From NCBI GenBank assembly GCA_051439505.1, contig JBFRWI010000086.1, forward strand, positions 1 to 64,000: a stretch of 64,000 nt of DNA. The letters are read 5' to 3'. This DNA comes from Hormoscilla sp. GTDB lineage: Bacteria; Cyanobacteriota; Cyanobacteriia; Cyanobacteriales; Desertifilaceae. A program made the position numbers and the translations under genes. Below, in pieces: positions 58,258 through 64,000 of the stretch (position 1 is the stretch's first letter; every line of letters starts with the position of its first letter). Under the pieces are notes generated by a model. It was given only the letters and a program-made list of their open reading frames with translations. It did no database searches and was not told where the DNA came from.

Positions 58258-58376
58258 TTAATCATTTTCCCATTTTTCATCACCAATCAGATCGCCGATG
58301 GGATCTCTCAATAAAAAGCCGCTTTCTTCCAGTTCGCGCTTCTTCCTCGATCATATCTATGGAGTATTTGACATTA
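58258..58376 (-). pseudogene. DUF4327-like gene remnant with internal deletion
   Basis: VKYSIDMIEEEAR in one frame, then ELEESGFLLRDPIGDLIGDEKWEND* in another; GAGAGG upstream, with no in-frame ATG at the expected start. Confidence 0.6.
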
Positions 58377-58574
58377 TAGTTACCTCTCTTTTTGGCTATA
58401 CCCTAGAATCTTTCCCTAGTGAAAAATGCTGATTTTATAGCTCGAACTTTTCATTGTACTCATTCTAGCTGCGGGCTCCTCGATCGCGATCTTAGTTGTA
58501 ACAAAATGAAACATTATGGCCTCCCGTGTCTCCGGGGAGCGCTAACCGCACAAAAGGGGAGACACGGCCACACT

Positions 58575-58794
58575 CAATACTTCTCGGTTAAGAACCTGTC
58601 ATTGCGAGGGGGAAACCAAAACTGACATTTTAGGGAACTCCGTCAGGATCCCCCCGAAGCAATCTCACCGACTTATACCGGACGGGGGGATTGCTTCGGG
58701 GGGGGTTAAGGAGATTTCCCATAAGTTATCGCTACTTACCCCCCCCCTCGCAATGACAAATGTACCTGCCGCCATGCAAAACCTTGAAGTATTG
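58575..58794. mobile_element. MITE, same family as 27687-27917
   Basis: Ends CAATACTTC/GAAGTATTG; TSD CGGCCACACT/CGGCCACACC (9 of 10 match); inner TGTCATTGCGAGGGGG IR. Confidence 0.85.
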
Positions 58795-58846
58795 CGGCCA
58801 CACCATCTTGAAGGCCCGGTTCCTACCAGAAACCGGGCTCGTCGAA

Positions 58847-61177
58847 TTATTCTAATTTTTGCAACTGGTCTAGTTGCGGGTCGATAATCTTTTGGCCAGC
58901 GCCAGGAAATTTAATCGCCACAGAGATTTTCTGGCCTTTGCCAAAGACGTGAGTGATTTCGCCAGGGCCAAAGCTGCGGTGAACCACCCGATCGCCCTTA
59001 CGCCAATTTTGACTTGTGCTTGTCCCAGCAATGCGTCCAGGAGATCCCCCCTTCCTAAGGGAACGGCCTAGATGAGGGGAACTCAGCAAGTCGCGAGGTA
59101 GTTCGTCCAAAAACTGAGAAGGAATAGCAGCTTCCCGGTACCCCCCCCAGAGGCGACGTCTCAGGGCATGGGATAGAAACAGCATGTCTTCAGCGCGGGT
59201 AATACCGACATAACACAAGCGGCGTTCTTCCTCCAAGGCAGGCGGATCCTCAATGCTGCGGTAATTGGGAAATAATCCCTGCTCTAATCCTACTAAAAAT
59301 ACTACTGGAAACTCCAATCCTTTGGCAGAATGCAAGGTCATCAAAGAGATTGCTTCTTGTCCCTCTTTTAAGTTATCCAAATCTGAGGCCAGGGCCGCCT
59401 CCGCGATAAAATTCTCTAGATTTGCTTCTTCATTCTCCTCTTCAAATTGCGCGATCGCGTTGAACAGTTCAAAAACATTTTGCCGTCGATCTTCCGCTTC
59501 ATCCGTTCCCTGATTTTTCAAGTCTTCAATGTAACCAGATTCTTCCATTATCCCCCGGGCAATCTCAGAAGCTGTCAGATTATTTACTTCCTGCTTCCAT
59601 TTGGCGATTAACTGGGCAAAACGGATTACTGCTTTGGCCGATCGCCCGGCCATGGTATTCACCGAAGTCTCATCGCTAATTATTTCCCAGAGAGGCACTC
59701 CTAATTCGATCGCCGCATATATCAGCTTGTCAACTGTGGTTTTACCAATGTTGCGTTTGGGAGTATTGATAACGCGGGTGAGACTGATACTATCTGCTGG
59801 GTTTACCAGGATGCGCAGATAGGCCAGGGCGTCTTTCACTTCTTTGCGATCGTAGAATTTGAACCCCCCGACAATCCGATAGGGCAGATTCGATCGCACC
59901 AAAATCTCTTCAAAGGCCCGGGACTGGGCATTAACGCGATAGAGAATAGCAAAGCAACCCCAGTGCAGTTCCGGGTTATCGCCGTTAAGCTGGCGAATTT
60001 TCTGGATAACAAATTCCGCTTCTTCCTGTTCGTTATCAGCGCAATAGCAATAAATTGGATCCCCAGCACCGCGAGTTGGTCTGAGAACTTTCTCAATGCG
60101 TTCTACATTGTTTTCTATCAGATGATTTGCTGCCTCTAAAATCGGTTCCCGCGATCGATAATTTTCTTCCAACTTTACCAGAGTGCGGGTCTCCTCATCG
60201 GGCAGGCGATCGCCAAAATCATGTTGGAAGTCCAGGAGAATGGTAAAATCAGCCATGCGGAAACTATAAATTGACTGGTCGGCATCACCCACTACAAATA
60301 TCGAACGCTGTTCCCAATCATTGAAGCTATAGGAATTTACTCCCCCTGTGGTCAGCAAACGAATCAGGTCGTACTGAGTATGATTGGTATCTTGATATTC
60401 ATCCACGAGGATGTGACGAAAGCGTCGGTTCCAGTAGGCCAATACCTGCTCGTTTTGCCGAAACATCTGCACGGGCACCAGGATCAAATCGTCAAAATCC
60501 AGGGCATTATTTTCGGCCAGCTTCTCTTGGTAGATACTGTATACTTGGGAAATGACGCGACCTTTATAATCCGGCTCCGCTTCCTGATAAGCTTGAGGCG
60601 ACCAGCCTTTATTTTTGCCGTTACTGATGCTATAGCGCACCTTCTTATGGTTAAACTTTTTCGGATCTAGATTCAGTTCCTGAGTAACAATTTGCTTCAC
60701 CAGTTTTTGGGCATCATCTTCGTCAAAAATAGAGAAAGTTTTCGTCCATCTGCGTCCTCGTTCGTCTTGGTATTTTTCGATATCGTAGCGCAGCATCCGC
60801 GCGCACAAAGCATGAAATGTGCCCACCCACAGGGGTTTAATGTAGCGGTGGTAAATGCGCGATCGCAATTTCATCTGCTCTTCGGGGGTCAAAGCTGACC
60901 AAGGTTTATCATACTGGGTGAGAGCCAGTTGTTGGGCAAACAATTGTTCGATGCGATTTTTCATCTCCCGTGCGGCCTTATTAGTAAAAGTGACCGCCAG
61001 GATATTTTCCGGATCGACCCCATGCTTGAGAATGAGGTTAGCGATCCGATAGGTTAAGGCCCTAGTTTTGCCAGAACCAGCTCCAGCGGCGACCAGCAAG
61101 GGACCGCAAAAATGTTCGGCTGCTTGGCGCTGACTGGGGTTAAGGGAACTGAGAATGTCATTTTTAGTTTGTGTCAT
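58847..61177 (-). CDS. pcrA: ATP-dependent DNA helicase PcrA/UvrD
   Basis: AGAGSGKT, TFTNKAA, LVDEYQD, VGDADQSIY, LMTLHSAKGLEF, EERRLCYVGITRA. Confidence 0.96.
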   Translation of the reverse strand: MTQTKNDILSSLNPSQRQAAEHFCGPLLVAAGAGSGKTRALTYRIANLILKHGVDPENILAVTFTNKAAREMKNRIEQLFAQQLALTQYDKPWSALTPEEQMKLRSRIYHRYIKPLWVGTFHALCARMLRYDIEKYQDERGRRWTKTFSIFDEDDAQKLVKQIVTQELNLDPKKFNHKKVRYSISNGKNKGWSPQAYQEAEPDYKGRVISQVYSIYQEKLAENNALDFDDLILVPVQMFRQNEQVLAYWNRRFRHILVDEYQDTNHTQYDLIRLLTTGGVNSYSFNDWEQRSIFVVGDADQSIYSFRMADFTILLDFQHDFGDRLPDEETRTLVKLEENYRSREPILEAANHLIENNVERIEKVLRPTRGAGDPIYCYCADNEQEEAEFVIQKIRQLNGDNPELHWGCFAILYRVNAQSRAFEEILVRSNLPYRIVGGFKFYDRKEVKDALAYLRILVNPADSISLTRVINTPKRNIGKTTVDKLIYAAIELGVPLWEIISDETSVNTMAGRSAKAVIRFAQLIAKWKQEVNNLTASEIARGIMEESGYIEDLKNQGTDEAEDRRQNVFELFNAIAQFEEENEEANLENFIAEAALASDLDNLKEGQEAISLMTLHSAKGLEFPVVFLVGLEQGLFPNYRSIEDPPALEEERRLCYVGITRAEDMLFLSHALRRRLWGGYREAAIPSQFLDELPRDLLSSPHLGRSLRKGGSPGRIAGTSTSQNWRKGDRVVHRSFGPGEITHVFGKGQKISVAIKFPGAGQKIIDPQLDQLQKLE

Positions 61178-61501
61178 GGCTATTATTCGTTCATAATCAG
61201 CACGAAACTTGCTTGCTGTGAGTATTTATTTCTACCTGTGGGTTGCTAATTGACATCGTTTAATGTCTGTGGAGAATATTTTAACATTCCCTAACGGGTT
61301 ATTGTGGCGATCGCCTCCATGACCCGATCGCCTCTTCTCGCTCATATCCTAGCAGCTGCCAGAGTCTAGTTACTGGACCAGCGATCCCGTTCCAACCGAT
61401 CCCGAGCCCTGACTACTCGCAACCGCTGGCAAAAAACTATGGTAGACTAAAATTCAGACAGGAGTCATTGGTTGGGGTTGCAAGTCTGCCAAACAGATAC
61501 T

Positions 61502-62467
61502 ATGGATGCGATCGAACTACTGAAGCGGTATAAAGCAAAACAGAGAGACTTCCAGGGTGTAGACCTAGAAGGGATCAACCTGCGGAAGGCGACATTGATG
61601 AACATCAACCTGAGTGGAGCCAACCTGAGTAATGCCAACTTGTTTCTTGCCAACCTGAGCGGTGCTAATCTGGCGCAAGCGGATCTGATTAAAGCCGATC
61701 TGTTTGGTGTCAACCTCATCTGTGCGGATTTGAGTGGTGCCGAACTGATTTTTGTCAACCTGATTCAAGCAGACTTAAGTGGTGTTAATCTTATTTGTGC
61801 CAACCTCGCTCAAGCAAACCTGAGTGGTGCCAATCTCGGGGATGCTAACCTCGCTCAAGCTAACCTGGCTGGTGCTAATCTGATTCAAGCGGATCTCAGG
61901 GGTGCTAATTTATCAGGAGCCAACTTAAGTCAGTCTAACCTAGCTTATGCTCAGTTGAACTACGCTGACTTACACCATGCCGATTTAACTGATGCCAATT
62001 TAGCTGGAACTGACTTTACTGACGCCCTGCTGAATGAAGCTAACCTGAAGGGCACCATCCTGCAACCAATGGCACGCAACTATGAATTTCTGCCTCATCA
62101 AAGATTTATGTACTGGAAGCAGCAATTAAGCTTTCATTCCCACCCAGAGCTGGAAATTGCCAAAGCGCTTGACCGAGCAGGAGTCCTTTATTTTCCTAGC
62201 AGTTTAGCGCGGATATGTACATCAGAAGGGCCGAAAAACAAAGAGCCTGACTTTCTGGTTTGCTGCCCAACTCCCCAGGGTTTTAAGTGGGGAATTATTG
62301 AGGTAGATAACCTTAACTACACCCCAGAGCAACAAACCGAAGAACAACAGTGGCATCTACTATTCCAGCAGAACGGAGTACCAGTATACCGATTTGACTG
62401 GAACCGATGTGAAAATGAACCCGAGGATGTGGTACGGGAATTTCTTCAGCTTTTGAATGATTGGTAA
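61502..62467 (+). CDS. Pentapeptide-repeat protein with C-terminal PD-(D/E)xK-like domain
   Basis: Long A(N/D)Lxx repeat tract; C-terminal EPDFLV...GIIEVD. Confidence 0.8.
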   Translation: MDAIELLKRYKAKQRDFQGVDLEGINLRKATLMNINLSGANLSNANLFLANLSGANLAQADLIKADLFGVNLICADLSGAELIFVNLIQADLSGVNLICANLAQANLSGANLGDANLAQANLAGANLIQADLRGANLSGANLSQSNLAYAQLNYADLHHADLTDANLAGTDFTDALLNEANLKGTILQPMARNYEFLPHQRFMYWKQQLSFHSHPELEIAKALDRAGVLYFPSSLARICTSEGPKNKEPDFLVCCPTPQGFKWGIIEVDNLNYTPEQQTEEQQWHLLFQQNGVPVYRFDWNRCENEPEDVVREFLQLLNDW

Positions 62468-62492
62468 ATTCCCTTACTTCCTGATATCAAAC

Positions 62493-63383
62493 CTACATTA
62501 TGGGGGGAGTTGGCCGATCGCCATTCTGAAAGCGCCGCCAAGCCTCTTTAACCGATGCTGGAGCCGGATGGGTAACATCGTAGGTGACAATAATATTGGT
62601 TAAATTCCGCTCGGGGGGAAGCAGAATCTTGCCACTTTGAGCTAGGGCCAGGGATGCGCCGCCATCCAGATTCATCGCTTCATAACAGCCGATCGCCTTC
62701 ATCACTTCTGCCTCTTGCTGTAAAGTCAGGATCGAGAGAAAAGTAATAATAAATATTTTTTGACCGTCGGCAGTAAATCCAATAGCAGTACGATAACTAG
62801 AGCCCAATACATTCGGATCCTTGAAGCCTTCTACCTTGGGGTCGAGCCAAATTTCTCCTGCTTTCATCAGGCGAGGACCGCAGGTGATGGAAAACCAATG
62901 TTCCGTCCAGTCTGGTTTGCCTTCAACCCGCGCGGTAATCATTTCCGGCCTATTCCCTGCTTTCAGTCCCAAAGTCGTACCGAAGTTTTCCCACTGACTG
63001 TATTTCAAGAAACGACCTTCCGAAACCATATTCCCCATCACCCGCTTTTGAGCATCTTGGCTAAAAAACGTACCGTTATTTACCACCGCCGCCCCCGGAT
63101 ACCTAGCTACCATGCGAGCAAAAAGTTCGTCCCCGTTTTGGACTCGGTTGCTATTAGCAAGTCTGGCATTGTTGGCTAGACCGATCGTCATTACCGTTTC
63201 TCGATCGCTCAGGTCAATGGCAGTTTGATAGAAGTTAGCACCAGCAACCGTCCGTTTAGTTACCTGTACGGGGGCGGCCCGAACAGGAGAAGCGATCGCC
63301 ACCCCCTTTGCCACCGCCGCGCCAGCCAAAAATAACAAACTGCGCCGTCCTATTTTTTGCTCGATCGGGAATCTTGTCTGCAT
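62493..63383 (-). CDS. Phosphodiester glycosidase (NAGPA-like) family protein with Tat-like signal
   Basis: GRRSLL signal; NGTFF, CGPRL, RTAIG, AMNLDGGAS. Confidence 0.85.
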   Translation of the reverse strand: MQTRFPIEQKIGRRSLLFLAGAAVAKGVAIASPVRAAPVQVTKRTVAGANFYQTAIDLSDRETVMTIGLANNARLANSNRVQNGDELFARMVARYPGAAVVNNGTFFSQDAQKRVMGNMVSEGRFLKYSQWENFGTTLGLKAGNRPEMITARVEGKPDWTEHWFSITCGPRLMKAGEIWLDPKVEGFKDPNVLGSSYRTAIGFTADGQKIFIITFLSILTLQQEAEVMKAIGCYEAMNLDGGASLALAQSGKILLPPERNLTNIIVTYDVTHPAPASVKEAWRRFQNGDRPTPPIM

Positions 63384-63473
63384 TGCCCTAGCCCTAATTT
63401 TCGATGATAGCGTTTTTTTACTTCTTCATTCTTGCTGCCATTAACGAGCTGTCATGGAAAGGCTTTTGTAGTG

Positions 63474-63724
63474 CTAACGCCCGCGAGTACCAAAATCACC
63501 TGCATAGGTGGGAAATTCCATAACTTCTCCCCGAATCATTTGTGCAACTAATTTAGTTACCTTACCACCAATGCGATCGTTAAACTTAAATAATTCCGAT
63601 AATTTAGGATCTTCCACAATAGTGGACAATCTTGGTTCTCTCACATCTCTTTCAACTGTAAATATAAACTTGTATTGTTCCTTCCCCAAATCTTCTGTTT
63701 GATTGCTAAAACTGTTGCTTTCAT
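63474..63724 (-). other. Possible small hypothetical gene, perhaps frameshifted near its 5' end
   Basis: 71-aa ORF with a TTG start; an ATG-led segment (MKATVLAIK) lies upstream in another frame; no recognisable family. Confidence 0.3.
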
Positions 63725-63748
63725 TTTAGCAACCTAACTAACCATTAC

Positions 63749-63807
63749 GGCGTTGCACAACTCCGGGATGATGAGGGTTGCTATCATCGGTAAAAATGTG
63801 CAACGCC
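63749..63807. mobile_element. 59-bp minimal MITE
   Basis: 11-bp TIR GGCGTTGCACA/TGTGCAACGCC; 8-bp TSD ACCATTAC at 63741-63748 and 63808-63815. Confidence 0.85.
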
Positions 63808-63819
63808 ACCATTACCAGG

Positions 63820-63918
63820 TAAGCTGTCGTGCATTTAAATTGCATAGGCCGAGCCGCCGATATCCTTGCTCTCAGGGACTTTCCCAATTTTTAATTTTTA
63901 ATTTTTAATTTTGAATTG
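63820..63918. repeat. Dispersed repeat TAAGCTGTCG(C/T)GCATTTAAATTGCAT...(TTTTAAT)n-TTTGAATTG (also 2531-2630, inverted at ~24645-24743, partial at 21-65)
   Basis: Direct sequence match among the copies. Confidence 0.85.
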
Positions 63919-64000
63919 CTTAAGGTGGGCAGTGCCCACCCTACATTTAGTAGCGTAAGGTGGACCGATCGCATTATACAGCCGCCGCCGACTTACTCAA

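Noticed and set aside
1..64000. Abundant GCGATCGC octamer as a novel signal
   Set aside because: This is the well-known cyanobacterial HIP1 palindrome

Overview
Cyanobacterial chromosomal DNA, most like a filamentous Oscillatoriales-type genome. This is supported by very frequent HIP1 (GCGATCGC), heptamer tandem repeats and the psb/ycf3 genes. Housekeeping genes: desC, proA, nrdR, psbB-psbT, psbM, dxr, valS, psb35, rsmB, cobB, psb28, ycf3, gatC, hom, pcrA, tRNA-Gly and tRNA-Ser. Five accessory blocks lie among them. (1) A ~280-nt strongly foldable non-coding region followed by a 10 x 21-bp array upstream of valS. (2) A small biosynthetic cluster: type III PKS, flavin monooxygenase, O-methyltransferase and two TerB-like paralogues. 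(3) An intact DNA C5-methyltransferase homologue lacking the catalytic Pro-Cys. (4) An ~11.5-kb surface-protein locus, with sigma-like factor, DUF1822, membrane pentapeptide/CHAT protease, pilin and PFE-CTERM on one strand. A divergent three-gene PEP-CTERM cassette array is preceded by a triplicated promoter-like repeat whose core motif also lies upstream of the sigma gene. (5) A TerY-P (vWA-PP2C-kinase) triad whose kinase carries a TM helix and a WD40 propeller. There are also several MITE families with TIRs/TSDs and about six eroded pseudogenes. All family calls come from motif recognition by eye; no database searches were run.
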